NCBI GenBank assembly: GCA_964567265.1
Contig: CAZMLK010000001.1
Span: 395,723 to 459,722, forward strand
Origin: an uncultured Candidatus Saccharibacteria bacterium
GTDB lineage: Bacteria > Patescibacteriota > Minisyncoccia > Phycocordibacterales > UBA12088
DNA length: 64,000 bases
Direction: 5' to 3'
The position numbers and the translations under genes were made by a program. Numbering within the stretch: position 1 is the first letter of the stretch; the number at the start of each line of letters is the position of its first letter. Shown in pieces: positions 48,207-57,724 of this stretch. Below the pieces are notes generated by a model, which was not told the DNA's origin, did no database searches, and saw only the letters and a list, made by a program, of their open reading frames with translations.

Positions 48207-49316
48207 TTAGAATAACCGGACGATATCCTGGTACGTAATAGCGGCCATGAGGACAAGAAGAAGGATAAGGCCGCCTGCATTGAGAAAGTTCGCAATCTTA
48301 GGGGAAATCGGAGTTCCTTTCACCGCCTCGATGAGGACGAAGAGGAGCCGGCCGCCGTCCAAAGCCGGGAATGGGAGCACGTTGATCACGGCCAGGTTCA
48401 GCGAGATGAATGCGGTGAAAGTGATCAGATAGACGAGGCCGAGGCGGGACGCATCGCCGACGAGCCCGACGATGCCGACGGGGCCGGTCACCTGCGAGAG
48501 ATCGGCCTTGAGGACGAATGCACTCTTGAAGAAGGTCACGAGGCCTGCCGCGACTTCATACGTCTTCTGTCCCGTCATGATCGCGCCTTCATAGAGCGCG
48601 CGCACCGGATTGTATTTCAAGGTTGCCGTGAGCGCCATCACGATACCGGCAGCGGCACGATCAGGCTCATCCTTGATGATGCCTTTTACCGGAGTCACGG
48701 TCAGGATTCCCGATTCATTGGCGCGTTCGTACGAAACGACCAACGGCAGGTTACCGTGGCTCGCGATGAAACGGAGGACGGAATCGGGACTAAGCGCGTT
48801 CCCTTCAAGCGACTCGGCGGAACCTGCCTCTATTTTTGAAATCACGTCACCCGGCTTGAGGCCTGCCTCGGATCCCGGCGCATCCGGAACGACTGCGACG
48901 ATCTCTACCTTCGCATCCGGAACGGTGTCACGGTCTTCAGGTGCGAGCGAGGTCGGCATGCCGATCATGAACCCGAGCGAAAATAGGAGCCACGCGAAGA
49001 GGATGTTGCCGATGATGCCTGCGAGGAGGATCAGCGCCTGGACCCATTTCGGCTTGTTCGGAAAACTCCGCGCGCTGTCGGGCCCGGCAAGTGACGCATC
49101 GTCAGGATCCTCGCCGAAGATCTTCACGTAGCCGCCGATCGGGAGGAGGTTGAGGACGTAGCGCGTCTCGCCCCGCTTGATACTCGCGACCTTCGGCGGG
49201 AAACCGAGCGCGAATTCATCGACGCGGACGCCGAGCTTCTTGGCGGTGATGAAATGCCCGAACTCGTGGACAAAGACCAGGGTGCCGAGCACGAGGAGGA
49301 AGAGGACTATGGACAT
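48207..49316 (-). CDS. rseP: RIP metalloprotease RseP (site-2 protease, M50)
   Basis: HEFGH zinc motif in TM1, a PDZ domain, and a C-terminal LDGG motif. Confidence 0.85.
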   Translation of the reverse strand: MSIVLFLLVLGTLVFVHEFGHFITAKKLGVRVDEFALGFPPKVASIKRGETRYVLNLLPIGGYVKIFGEDPDDASLAGPDSARSFPNKPKWVQALILLAGIIGNILFAWLLFSLGFMIGMPTSLAPEDRDTVPDAKVEIVAVVPDAPGSEAGLKPGDVISKIEAGSAESLEGNALSPDSVLRFIASHGNLPLVVSYERANESGILTVTPVKGIIKDEPDRAAAGIVMALTATLKYNPVRALYEGAIMTGQKTYEVAAGLVTFFKSAFVLKADLSQVTGPVGIVGLVGDASRLGLVYLITFTAFISLNLAVINVLPFPALDGGRLLFVLIEAVKGTPISPKIANFLNAGGLILLLVLMAAITYQDIVRLF

Positions 49317-49319
49317 GTG

Positions 49320-49871
49320 TTATTCGCTTATTTCTGCGTCCTTCTTTTCGGCCAGGAGTTCGAGCGCCTGATTGCCCTTATCGATGAGTTTTTGCATATC
49401 TTCTTTCGCGCGGAACTTCTCGTCCTCGCTCATCTCGCCCGCCTTCTCTTTTTTCTGGATGTCGTTCCATGCCTCGTCACGGCCCGAGCGGAGCGCGATC
49501 CGCGCTTCCTCAAGCTTCCCTTTCGAGAGCTTCACGAGCATGCCGCGGCGCTCTGAGGTCAGCTCTGGGAATGAGACGCGGACACCGCGATCGTCGGCGC
49601 CGACGGAGACGCCCATGTCTGCGGCAGTAATCGCCTTCTCGATCTCCTTCGCTTGCGACATATCCCACGGAGAGATGCGGATGGTGCGCGCATCCTCGAC
49701 GGAAATATTCCCGACCTGATTCAGCGGGACCTTCGAGCCGTACGAATCGACGCGGATATTGTCGAGCAGCTGCGGGGTCGCGCGGCCAGTCCTGATGCCC
49801 GAATATTCCCGCTTCAGCCAGTCTTCTGTTTCTGCGATTTTCTTCTTGAGTGGTGTGAAATCGTATGCCAT
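49320..49871 (-). CDS. frr: Ribosome recycling factor
   Basis: MAYDFTPLKKKIAETEDWLKREYSGIRTGRATPQLLD... matches RRF. Start re-set (the listed ORF has a 66-codon extension). Confidence 0.9.
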   Translation of the reverse strand: MAYDFTPLKKKIAETEDWLKREYSGIRTGRATPQLLDNIRVDSYGSKVPLNQVGNISVEDARTIRISPWDMSQAKEIEKAITAADMGVSVGADDRGVRVSFPELTSERRGMLVKLSKGKLEEARIALRSGRDEAWNDIQKKEKAGEMSEDEKFRAKEDMQKLIDKGNQALELLAEKKDAEISE

Positions 49872-50312
49872 ATGGGGCCATTCTAACGTAGATTCCGCTT
49901 CCTGTGTATGGAAAACAAAAACGCTCCGACATGGGAGTCGAAGACGTTGGTTGGGATGGAGGGGTTGCGCATGGGCAACCGCCTCCTCCCTGATCTGTAT
50001 GGATATGCTCGGGCCTGAACACGGTATGAGCGTCTCAGGAAGTCCGATGATTCCAAGGGTGACACACACCCTTTCATAAGGCCTGACCGGATGTATAACC
50101 CGGCAACGGGGTCCAGAGATTCTACTTCATGGCACATCTCCTCGGCTGCGTCCGGCCTGAGACCGGTTGTAGCGCTTGGTGTTGCAGTCGTGGCTGGTTT
50201 GGCCTTCCTCCTATATTTGCTGGAAAAAAGATATCACGTGATTGACTTATTGTCAAGCTCATTTTCTATTGTGGGATTTGGGGCAGATGAGTCATACATA
50301 GAGCCGTTTTTT

Positions 50313-51023
50313 CTACTGTTCAAAAAACGGACAGATGAGCGCGACATATTCGAGGAGGATCTTCGGCGAGGCGCCCGGGTCGGAGATGTGGCGCTTCGCG
50401 AGCATGACGGCTTCCAGCGTTTCCTGGAGCGCTTGGCTCGGGACCCCCCCGCTCGCCGCGAGGCGGATCCTCGCGGCGAGCGCCTGCTCAAGTCCGCCGA
50501 GGAAATCGACTGCGTGCGATCGGTCCTTCGTATCCGAAATCGTACCGAGGAGCTTCTTCAACTTGTCGAGGCGATTTGCAGGAGTGAGTGCAAGAAATTG
50601 CATTGCCGCTTCCGTGTCGCTGACATGCGGCATCGAAATGATCTGCATGCGCGAGCGGATGGTCGGGAGGACAAGGTCGGCGTTCGGGACGAGGAGAAAA
50701 AAATGAAGGCCCTGTGGCGGCTCTTCGAGGATCTTGAGGAGCGCGTTCTGCGCCTGCGCCGTCAGGATCTTCGCGCCGATCACGAACACGCGCCGCGCTC
50801 CGAGGGGGCGAATATATGCATCTTCCTTGAGTTCCCTGCTTTCTTCAACGCTCAGGGTCTCGAACATGCGGCCATAGTAATCGGGATTTCCAATGACAGA
50901 GCCCTTCAGGACCTCCTCGACGAAGGAAATGACGAGGGGCTCGTTGACCATAAGATCGCCCGGCACCAAGTACGCATGATGCAAGCTGCCTGTTTCCCGA
51001 TACTGCTTTCGAAGCTGCTCCAT
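50313..51023 (-). CDS. holB: DNA polymerase III delta' subunit
   Basis: AAA+ clamp-loader fold lacking a P-loop lysine. The SRC motif (TIRSRMQ) and EEPPQGLHFFLL sensor region are present. Confidence 0.7.
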   Translation of the reverse strand: MEQLRKQYRETGSLHHAYLVPGDLMVNEPLVISFVEEVLKGSVIGNPDYYGRMFETLSVEESRELKEDAYIRPLGARRVFVIGAKILTAQAQNALLKILEEPPQGLHFFLLVPNADLVLPTIRSRMQIISMPHVSDTEAAMQFLALTPANRLDKLKKLLGTISDTKDRSHAVDFLGGLEQALAARIRLAASGGVPSQALQETLEAVMLAKRHISDPGASPKILLEYVALICPFFEQ

Positions 51024-51118
51024 TACCGCTCCAGCATACTGGAGATATGCACTTTGCTGAAATTGACACACTTCATGAAAGTTGTATGTTGAAGAGAGCA
51101 CATGAAAGGAGTTGCGAC

Positions 51119-51256
51119 ATGTCCGCAGCTACGAGTCATCAGATCGGGGTCCCCGTTGGACAGCCGATCGCGAGTTCCGTGAACGACCTGGCAGTATTTC
51201 TCGTCGTCGCGGGTATAGTCGGCAGCATTGCACTCCTGTTCTTCGGCGTCAAATAA
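51119..51256 (+). CDS. Possible small membrane protein (45 aa)
   Basis: Short ORF with a C-terminal hydrophobic helix, followed by a strong terminator. Weak support. Confidence 0.25.
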   Translation: MSAATSHQIGVPVGQPIASSVNDLAVFLVVAGIVGSIALLFFGVK

Positions 51257-51266
51257 CGACGCAGTA

Positions 51267-51301
51267 TTCGGCACGGATTCCCTTCGGGAATCCGTGCCGA
51301 A
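51267..51301 (+). terminator. Intrinsic terminator
   Basis: 16-bp stem TTCGGCACGGATTCCC/GGGAATCCGTGCCGAA. Confidence 0.55.
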
Positions 51302-51395
51302 ATTATTATCGCGGAACTCTCGCCATGCGCGCGCATTTACAAAAATGAATTTTAAGCATCTAATGTCAGCAGAACATCGCTCTTGAGAGGGGCCG

Positions 51396-51938
51396 TTGAT
51401 GCCGCATACCCCGGTGAATGCAAGCGTTCCTGCAATCTATTACGGCGAGCAGTATGCAATTGAAAGGATCGTGGATGCACGCAAAGTCGAGCGTGACATT
51501 TTCAGGAGGCGTGTGGGCGGGATGATCGTCGAACCTACGGACGGGACCCTGTTCCAGTTGCTCACTCCGAATGCCGCATGGCAACATCCGGAGCGTCCTT
51601 TTTCGCTTCGGGAGTGCCTGACATTCCGGAGCGTGCCCGCATGGGACCCCTCTGATCCAGGGGGCAACCCGATCCGAGGCTTCGTTCGAGCCAATAGAAC
51701 GGAGTGGGAAGATCATATCTCTTCAGGGGCCATCCCGCTCGGGCATTTCTTGGGCGCGATCGTAGTGCCGATCCTCCCCGCCAAAGCTGGCGGAACGCCT
51801 GACCTGCTCACGACGCCTTCGATTCCCCAAAAAACAAGGAATGCCGGCGTCGACCCGGCATGGAGGGCTAGAGTCGGGTGCGCGATCATCGTCGCACTCC
51901 TTCTCTTTTACCTACTGAACCTCTTGCCCAAAAGTTAA
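51396..51938 (+). CDS. Hypothetical protein with a C-terminal TM anchor
   Basis: 180-aa ORF with a terminator hairpin immediately downstream. No recognisable domain. Confidence 0.45.
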   Translation: MMPHTPVNASVPAIYYGEQYAIERIVDARKVERDIFRRRVGGMIVEPTDGTLFQLLTPNAAWQHPERPFSLRECLTFRSVPAWDPSDPGGNPIRGFVRANRTEWEDHISSGAIPLGHFLGAIVVPILPAKAGGTPDLLTTPSIPQKTRNAGVDPAWRARVGCAIIVALLLFYLLNLLPKS

Positions 51939-51968
51939 ACCCCGCACATCCATGCGGGGTTCTTTCTT
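51938..51968. terminator. Bidirectional terminator
   Basis: ACCCCGCA-catcca-TGCGGGGT with TCTTTCTTAT downstream. Confidence 0.5.
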
Positions 51969-54777
51969 ATATGATTTTCGGAGGCGATACTGGAAGCGTC
52001 GACTCCTTGCGGTAGCGCGCGAGGATATCTTCCTCCACGAGCGAGCGCGCCTTTCCATATTTGAGATATGAGAGCTGCTTCAGCGCTTCCGCATTCTCAG
52101 GATTCCCCGCCTTCGGTGCCATTGTCCTGATATTGAACGGCTTTGCCGGCCTCCCTTCAGCGAGAATCTTGAGGTACGCGTTCCGGTTGTCGATATTCAT
52201 GATGTCGCTCGCAGCGAAGGTCGGCGCGAACTGCGGCTCGAAGAATTTCGCATCCTCGGCGCCGACGCGGAACACCGCCATCGATCCGACGTTGCCGAAG
52301 ATCGAATCCCGGATGCCCTCCTGGAGCTGCGCGATGAACTGGTGCGCCACCGTGAGCCCGAGCTTGTACTTGCGCGCTTCGGAAAGGATGGTCGAGATGG
52401 AATCGGTGGTGACATTCTGGAATTCGTCGATATAGAGATAGAACGGCGGCATCTCCTTCCCACTGCCGAACGCGTCCACGCGCGAGAGCGCTGCCATGAG
52501 GATCTTGCCGACCAGGATGAGGCCGAGGAGATTCGCGTTGATGTCGCCGAGCCGGCCCTTCGAGAGGTTCACGAGGAGGATCTTCTTCGAATCCATCACC
52601 TCGCGGAAATTGAACGCGGATTTTTCCTGCGCGATGATCGGGCGCATGTACTCGTTCGCGGTGAAGACATCGAACTTGTTCGTGATATACGGCACGATGT
52701 TCGCGAGCGATGCTTCCCCCTGTGCCTTCGTGGCGATCTCCTGCCAGAACTGGAGGACGACCGGGTTCTTGCAGTGTGAGAGCTTGAGCGCGCGATACTT
52801 CGCGTCCGCGAGGACGCGGGACACATCGAGCAAGGTCATGCCGCTCTCGGGGTGCTCGAGGACGAGCAGCGTCGCGTTGCGGAAATACTGCTCGAATGCA
52901 GGGCCCATCGACTCGGGAGAGCCGGCGTACAACTTCTTGAAGATGCTGAAAAGCTCATTGACCACGAAGGTCTTCTGTTCCGGGAACCGGGGATCGTATT
53001 CGAGCATGTTGAGGCCCATCACGCGCTCCATGTATGCGGGATCGAAGTAGATGACGTCTTCCGCGCGCTCGGGCGGGATCGCGGCGAGGATATCCTGCAC
53101 ATCGCTACCATGCGGATCGATGAAACAGACGCCTGCGCCCTCCTCTATGTCCTGGATGATCATGTTCTTGAGGAGCGTCGTCTTACCGGTACCCGTCTGC
53201 CCGATCACGTAGAAATGTCGGAGGCGATCCTCTGGCGCGAGATACGCTTTCGTTTCCGCATTACGGAATGAATTGATGCCGAGAAGCGTCCCCGTTGCTG
53301 AGAGCCCGAGCGGCGGCGGCGCGTCAGCGGATTTCGACTGCCGGAATTCGGGCGAGGATTTCACGACGCCTGTCGGGAAGTGGAGCACAGTCGCAAGCTC
53401 GCGGAGCGAAAACGGGAACGATTCGGCGGCGCCGAAATCACGGAAGGTGAAGCGTGTCAGGAGCGCACGAAGCGCGCCGCCCGTCGCCCGTACGAATTCG
53501 AAGCGATTGCCATCCGCATGATGGAATTGATGGAAGCTCGATTCGATGTCGCGAAGGATGCCTTCAGCGCGCGCCTGGTCAGTCGCGGATACCACGATGC
53601 GGACATTGACCGGCACAATGAAGGATTCCCTCTTTTTCCTGATCGCTTCAAGGGCGACCTTGTCGACAATCTTTTCCTCAGGCGCCTCTTTTGCTTCAGC
53701 CGGCTTCGAGGAGAGGAGTGCGCCTTTGAGCGCGCCGCCGATCGCGAATGCGGCACTTCCGAGAAGGCTCGATTCGACTTCGCGATACACGATCTTTGGC
53801 TTCTCACCCTTCTCGATACGCTTCTCGATGCGGAGGTAGCGCCCGAGATAATCGTCACGGCCAGGTCGGATCACGAACTGGATCGACGCACCTGCTCCCT
53901 CCTTCTCGATTTTCGAGAACGCATTCAAAAGCACTGAGAGCGGATCGACATCAAATGCATCGTAGGTTTTTATCGGATAGATCGGGAGTTCTGCAAGGCG
54001 CGCGGTCGAAGCCAGTGTCACGCCGTTCTCTACGAAGATGTTGTAGTCGCCTTTTTCCTCGCGGAGATGCGCATGCGGGAAGAGCGACAAGAGCTGCTTC
54101 TCGAACAGCTCTGCCTTGGTGGTCGGCACCGATACATAGAAGACGATTTCCTGGCTTGCTGATGAAACGGCGACTTCGAAGACGAAGACCTCGCCGGTGT
54201 CATTCTCGCGAGATCCCGTGCCGAAGAGTCCCGAATAGAATTGTTCCATCACAGAGACCAGCTCCTTGATGGTCTTCCGCTTCGCGCTTCCGGCATCCTC
54301 ATCCTGATTGATGGAAGGCAGTGTCACTTCGTACAAGGTCATGTTGAGCTCGCGCCAGACCGGCTCATTTTCCTTCACCCCCGGCACTGGATATCCGGCA
54401 TGGATGTATTGCACGAGGACGCGGTGGAAATCGTCGGCGATATGCGGGCTATCCATGCGGTCAGCGACCGTGAGCGCATTCTTGAGTCCCTTGTCGCGCA
54501 TGACGCCAAGAAGCTCGCCCATGATGGCGTCGTCCTTCTCAGGCGGCAGGTCGAGGATGATGTCATCCACTTGCTCGGCAGTGAGGATGCGTTCCTGTGG
54601 GAGCACTGATTCCGAAAGCGCGCGTCGGTATTCCTCGATATGCGCGCTTGTTGCCGCTTCCTTGGAGACCGGATAGCCGATTTCTGCCATGGCACGCTCC
54701 TTCTCCGCGATCTGGCCGCGCAGATACTGAATCTCCTCCTCAGGAGAGGAGAATTTCTCGTTCACTGGGAATTCCAT
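51967..54777 (-). CDS. TraD/VirD4/TrwB-like P-loop ATPase (type IV secretion DNA-binding-domain family) with a 480-aa N-terminal region of unknown function
   Basis: Walker A GQTGTGKTTL, Walker B YLYIDEFQN, and the arrangement of the C-terminal half resemble coupling-protein/HerA-FtsK-like ATPases. There is no N-terminal TM segment. Confidence 0.6.
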   Translation of the reverse strand: MEFPVNEKFSSPEEEIQYLRGQIAEKERAMAEIGYPVSKEAATSAHIEEYRRALSESVLPQERILTAEQVDDIILDLPPEKDDAIMGELLGVMRDKGLKNALTVADRMDSPHIADDFHRVLVQYIHAGYPVPGVKENEPVWRELNMTLYEVTLPSINQDEDAGSAKRKTIKELVSVMEQFYSGLFGTGSRENDTGEVFVFEVAVSSASQEIVFYVSVPTTKAELFEKQLLSLFPHAHLREEKGDYNIFVENGVTLASTARLAELPIYPIKTYDAFDVDPLSVLLNAFSKIEKEGAGASIQFVIRPGRDDYLGRYLRIEKRIEKGEKPKIVYREVESSLLGSAAFAIGGALKGALLSSKPAEAKEAPEEKIVDKVALEAIRKKRESFIVPVNVRIVVSATDQARAEGILRDIESSFHQFHHADGNRFEFVRATGGALRALLTRFTFRDFGAAESFPFSLRELATVLHFPTGVVKSSPEFRQSKSADAPPPLGLSATGTLLGINSFRNAETKAYLAPEDRLRHFYVIGQTGTGKTTLLKNMIIQDIEEGAGVCFIDPHGSDVQDILAAIPPERAEDVIYFDPAYMERVMGLNMLEYDPRFPEQKTFVVNELFSIFKKLYAGSPESMGPAFEQYFRNATLLVLEHPESGMTLLDVSRVLADAKYRALKLSHCKNPVVLQFWQEIATKAQGEASLANIVPYITNKFDVFTANEYMRPIIAQEKSAFNFREVMDSKKILLVNLSKGRLGDINANLLGLILVGKILMAALSRVDAFGSGKEMPPFYLYIDEFQNVTTDSISTILSEARKYKLGLTVAHQFIAQLQEGIRDSIFGNVGSMAVFRVGAEDAKFFEPQFAPTFAASDIMNIDNRNAYLKILAEGRPAKPFNIRTMAPKAGNPENAEALKQLSYLKYGKARSLVEEDILARYRKESTLPVSPPKII

Positions 54778-54883
54778 GTGCGTCTATTATAGTACGCCGC
54801 GCGCCGTCGGCGCGCGGCGGTTTGTGAATAGCAAGAAAGAAGCGGCCGGCATTCGCCAAAAAGGCGAATGCCGGCCAGAGCTG

Positions 54884-55603
54884 CTAGCGATGTCTGTCGA
54901 AGCGCGCGTCGCCAGTATCATGCGCGATAAAGAATGCGGTGTGGTTGCCGAAGAGGCATTCGCCCAACTCTCCCAGCTCCGGAATGCGCGGACGCTGGAT
55001 TGTGTAGAAGGGATCGATACCATACCGATGACGAGTCACCTTCCCTCCCGTTACCTCAAGCGCTCGCGCTACCGCATCCCATACGTGCTGCGGCACGCCC
55101 GGGTCAAGATAGTTGAGTGCCGGTACCGCTTCAGCTCTCCACCAATCGGGCCCATGTTTCGTATCGGGATGGAAAATCATCAGCTGTCGGTTGTAGATCT
55201 GGAACCCGACGAAACTGACGCACACAACCCCCACCCATCCTACGGCCGTCATGGCCGGACCCCAGGATGCGAAGATAAGGAACAGCGATGCAAGCATCAG
55301 CCACGCGAGTACTGGCCGATTGAGGTGCGCGCGGAGCAGAAATGCACCATATCGACTTTGCATCTTCGAGTACATGAAGCCCCGGCAGCAGTCACCGCGC
55401 ATGACATTGAGGCCCTGTGCCGATATGCAGGCATCGAATGCACTTCGCGTAAATAGCGAAAAGGATGGAAACCGAGGAATTGAGTCTCCGAGCAGTCTAG
55501 TGGCGATGGCGGCGGTCATGAATAGACCCTCCCAACGTGTCGAAGGCGTCTGCCTTCGATTCCATATATAAAAATGAGGCACGAGGTGCCCTGAGTCAAG
55601 CAA
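54884..55603 (-). CDS. Hypothetical polytopic membrane protein
   Basis: ORF with three or four hydrophobic helices between the mreB paralogue and the TraD-like ATPase. Start is uncertain. Confidence 0.4.
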   Translation of the reverse strand: MLDSGHLVPHFYIWNRRQTPSTRWEGLFMTAAIATRLLGDSIPRFPSFSLFTRSAFDACISAQGLNVMRGDCCRGFMYSKMQSRYGAFLLRAHLNRPVLAWLMLASLFLIFASWGPAMTAVGWVGVVCVSFVGFQIYNRQLMIFHPDTKHGPDWWRAEAVPALNYLDPGVPQHVWDAVARALEVTGGKVTRHRYGIDPFYTIQRPRIPELGELGECLFGNHTAFFIAHDTGDARFDRHR

Positions 55604-55618
55604 CGCGCAGCCTATGAG

Positions 55619-56632
55619 CTACCGCTTCGCGATGATGCTCTTCTTGTAGACGTCGAGATGGTTGAGCGCGATGCCGGTCCCCTTCACCACGCAATACGGG
55701 GCCTCTTTCGCAAGAACCGCCTTCACGCCCGTGCGACGGAGCACGAGTTCCGGGAAATTGCGAAGCTGCGAGGTGCCGCCGGTCATGATGATGCCCTTGT
55801 CGATGATGTCGGAGGCAAGCTCGGGCGGCGTCTCCTGGAGCACATCCTTGATCGCCTTGATCATTTCCCGCAAGTCGCGCGCGGTCGCTTTCACGATCTC
55901 ATTCGTCTTCACTTCTGCAGTGCGCGGAAGGCCGGTCAAGAGATCCCGGCCGCGGATCGACATGATGAGTTCCTCTTCAAGAGGGACGGCCGAGCCGACC
56001 TCGATCTTTATGCGCTCAGCGGTCTTGTCGCCGATCGCGAGATTGAAGGTCTTCTTCACATAATCGGTGATCGCATGATCGAGGCGGTTCCCGGCGCATT
56101 TCACGGACGTCGAGGCGACGATGCCGCCGAGCGAGATCACGGCGACGTCGATCGTGCCGCCGCCGATGTCGACGATCATATGCCCACGCGGCTCATGGAT
56201 CGGAATGCCGGCGCCGATTGCCGCAAGAATCGGTTCCTTGACCACGTACGCATTCTTCGCACCCGCGTTCACTGCGGCTTCGACGACGGCGCGGCGCTCG
56301 GTCGAAGTGACGCCCGCTGGAACCGAGATCATCACGTCCGGGCGGAACAGCGTCCACTTCCCCATCGATTTGCGGATATAGTAGCGGAGCATCGCTTCGG
56401 TGACGCGATAATCGGCGATGACGCCATCTTTCATCGGGCGGTACGCGATGATCGATTCCGGAGTGCGTCCGATCATCTCCTTCGCGTCGTTGCCGACCGC
56501 GAGGATCTTGTTGTCGCTGACGGAGACGGCGACCACCGACGGCTCATTGAGCACGATGCCCGCGCCCGGCACGAAGACGAGTGTCGTCGTGGTCCCGAGG
56601 TCGATCCCGATTTTCTTGGTGAAAAATGACAT
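55619..56632 (-). CDS. MreB-family actin-like protein (second paralogue)
   Basis: MSFFTKKIGIDLGTTTTLVFV... Full actin-fold motifs with a 337-aa alignment to MreB1 (about 45-50% identity by eye). Start re-set to remove a 29-codon extension. Confidence 0.8.
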   Translation of the reverse strand: MSFFTKKIGIDLGTTTTLVFVPGAGIVLNEPSVVAVSVSDNKILAVGNDAKEMIGRTPESIIAYRPMKDGVIADYRVTEAMLRYYIRKSMGKWTLFRPDVMISVPAGVTSTERRAVVEAAVNAGAKNAYVVKEPILAAIGAGIPIHEPRGHMIVDIGGGTIDVAVISLGGIVASTSVKCAGNRLDHAITDYVKKTFNLAIGDKTAERIKIEVGSAVPLEEELIMSIRGRDLLTGLPRTAEVKTNEIVKATARDLREMIKAIKDVLQETPPELASDIIDKGIIMTGGTSQLRNFPELVLRRTGVKAVLAKEAPYCVVKGTGIALNHLDVYKKSIIAKR

Positions 56633-56677
56633 GGTGTCGCCTAGGCAGTATACCTGCTTGCGCTTTGCTGGTCGTTG

Positions 56678-56709
56678 TTGACATATTGGACTTAATATGT
56701 TTTTATATC
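56678..56709 (+). promoter_or_regulatory. Promoter-like TTGACA-17-TTTTAT(ATC), followed by an AGGAGG RBS
   Basis: It is upstream of the TTG-start gene at 56737. Confidence 0.35.
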
Positions 56710-56736
56710 TCTCAGACAAACACAGGAGGACCTCCC

Positions 56737-57033
56737 TTGCCTAGAAATCTTGTTGCGTACATAGCAATAATCGGGGATCCGGCTCGCAAAACCGTTCGGA
56801 AGCATCAATTACCAGATACAGATACCTACTATGCTGAGGATCTCGTCGGAGAGATATTCCGTATCCCTCTTACGACCGCTGAATATGTAGTCAGTGTTGG
56901 TAATGCGCAGATGAACTATTGGCAATCCAGTCTTCACAAGACTGGAGAATTATGTTCAGGCATCCCGTGGGATATTATTGCGAGGGAAATTCTTTTGTTT
57001 CGCGACCCGAAAAATAGACCCGAGCGCCTATAA
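56737..57033 (+). CDS. Small hypothetical protein (98 aa, TTG start)
   Basis: Perfect AGGAGG 7 nt upstream of TTG, with a terminator immediately after the stop. GC is lower than in flanking DNA. Confidence 0.45.
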   Translation: MPRNLVAYIAIIGDPARKTVRKHQLPDTDTYYAEDLVGEIFRIPLTTAEYVVSVGNAQMNYWQSSLHKTGELCSGIPWDIIAREILLFRDPKNRPERL

Positions 57034-57035
57034 CT

Positions 57036-57076
57036 CCGACGGAAGCTCCGGCTTTCGGTCGGGGTTTCTGTTTTTG
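57036..57076 (+). terminator. Intrinsic terminator (copy 1 of a duplicated element)
   Basis: CCGACGGAAGC-tccg-GCTTTCGGTCGG followed by GGTTTCTGTTTTTG. It is about 85% identical to the element at 57682..57720. Confidence 0.55.
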
Positions 57077-57146
57077 GCGGCACATCCTTGACTTTATATT
57101 TGCGGATTGTACTGTTCTTTTAGAAATCCTTGGAGAGGAGAATGTC

Positions 57147-57680
57147 TTGAGACCACGTCTGCAAATAGTAGATATAGGGAATCGGACGCACGCGACGATC
57201 ATAGCGGAAGCACGACGATTGTCGGTAGGCGTGGAGATGCGCGGCAAGGAGCGGACAGCATTTGTTGGCATCGAATTCGATCTCGGAACGCTTACGATGC
57301 TTTCTCCCTTGTTCCGGCACATGGACACTCTCGGGGACGAGCCGAGAGTTTATGTCTTCAATGAGCACCTTGAAGCACCAGATCTCTGCGTCATTTTTTT
57401 GACGCACACGACTGGCACCAAACTCTTAGAGGAGATCATGGGTCGAAACGACCTTGCAGGGTTTCAATCACCCCCAGATACGACAATCTTTGCGACCGCG
57501 GAGGCAAACATCCCGATGGCGGGGTCACTTGATGACTTCCTCGCAATCTATGCTGGCAGAGGATTTGCGAAAGTACTGATCCTCGAATCACTTGATCGGG
57601 TGTCCGAGCGCGTACCCTTCTACACGTTCCCTACAGCGCCCGTATCCAGACGCAACCCCCTGGATGAAATGAAAACCTAA
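57147..57680 (+). CDS. Hypothetical protein (177 aa, TTG start)
   Basis: GGAGAGGAG RBS 6 nt upstream of TTG. GC3 is about 50%. A terminator follows the stop. No recognisable domain. Confidence 0.45.
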   Translation: MRPRLQIVDIGNRTHATIIAEARRLSVGVEMRGKERTAFVGIEFDLGTLTMLSPLFRHMDTLGDEPRVYVFNEHLEAPDLCVIFLTHTTGTKLLEEIMGRNDLAGFQSPPDTTIFATAEANIPMAGSLDDFLAIYAGRGFAKVLILESLDRVSERVPFYTFPTAPVSRRNPLDEMKT

Positions 57681-57681
57681 C

Positions 57682-57720
57682 CCCGACGAAGCCCCGGCTT
57701 CGTCGGGGTTTCTCTTTTCA
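57682..57720. terminator. Intrinsic terminator (copy 2 of the duplicated element)
   Basis: CCCCGACGAAGCC/GGCTTCGTCGGGG followed by TTTCTCTTTTC. Confidence 0.6.
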
Positions 57721-57724
57721 AGAG

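Noticed and set aside
49872-50312. RNase P RNA, SRP RNA, or tmRNA in the frr-holB spacer
   Set aside because: Only short partial motif resemblances are present. The conserved P4 and GGUGCGGUAAGAGCGCACC (RNase P) elements, and the domain IV GGAA tetraloop context (SRP), are absent. The region is kept only as a generic candidate ncRNA region.
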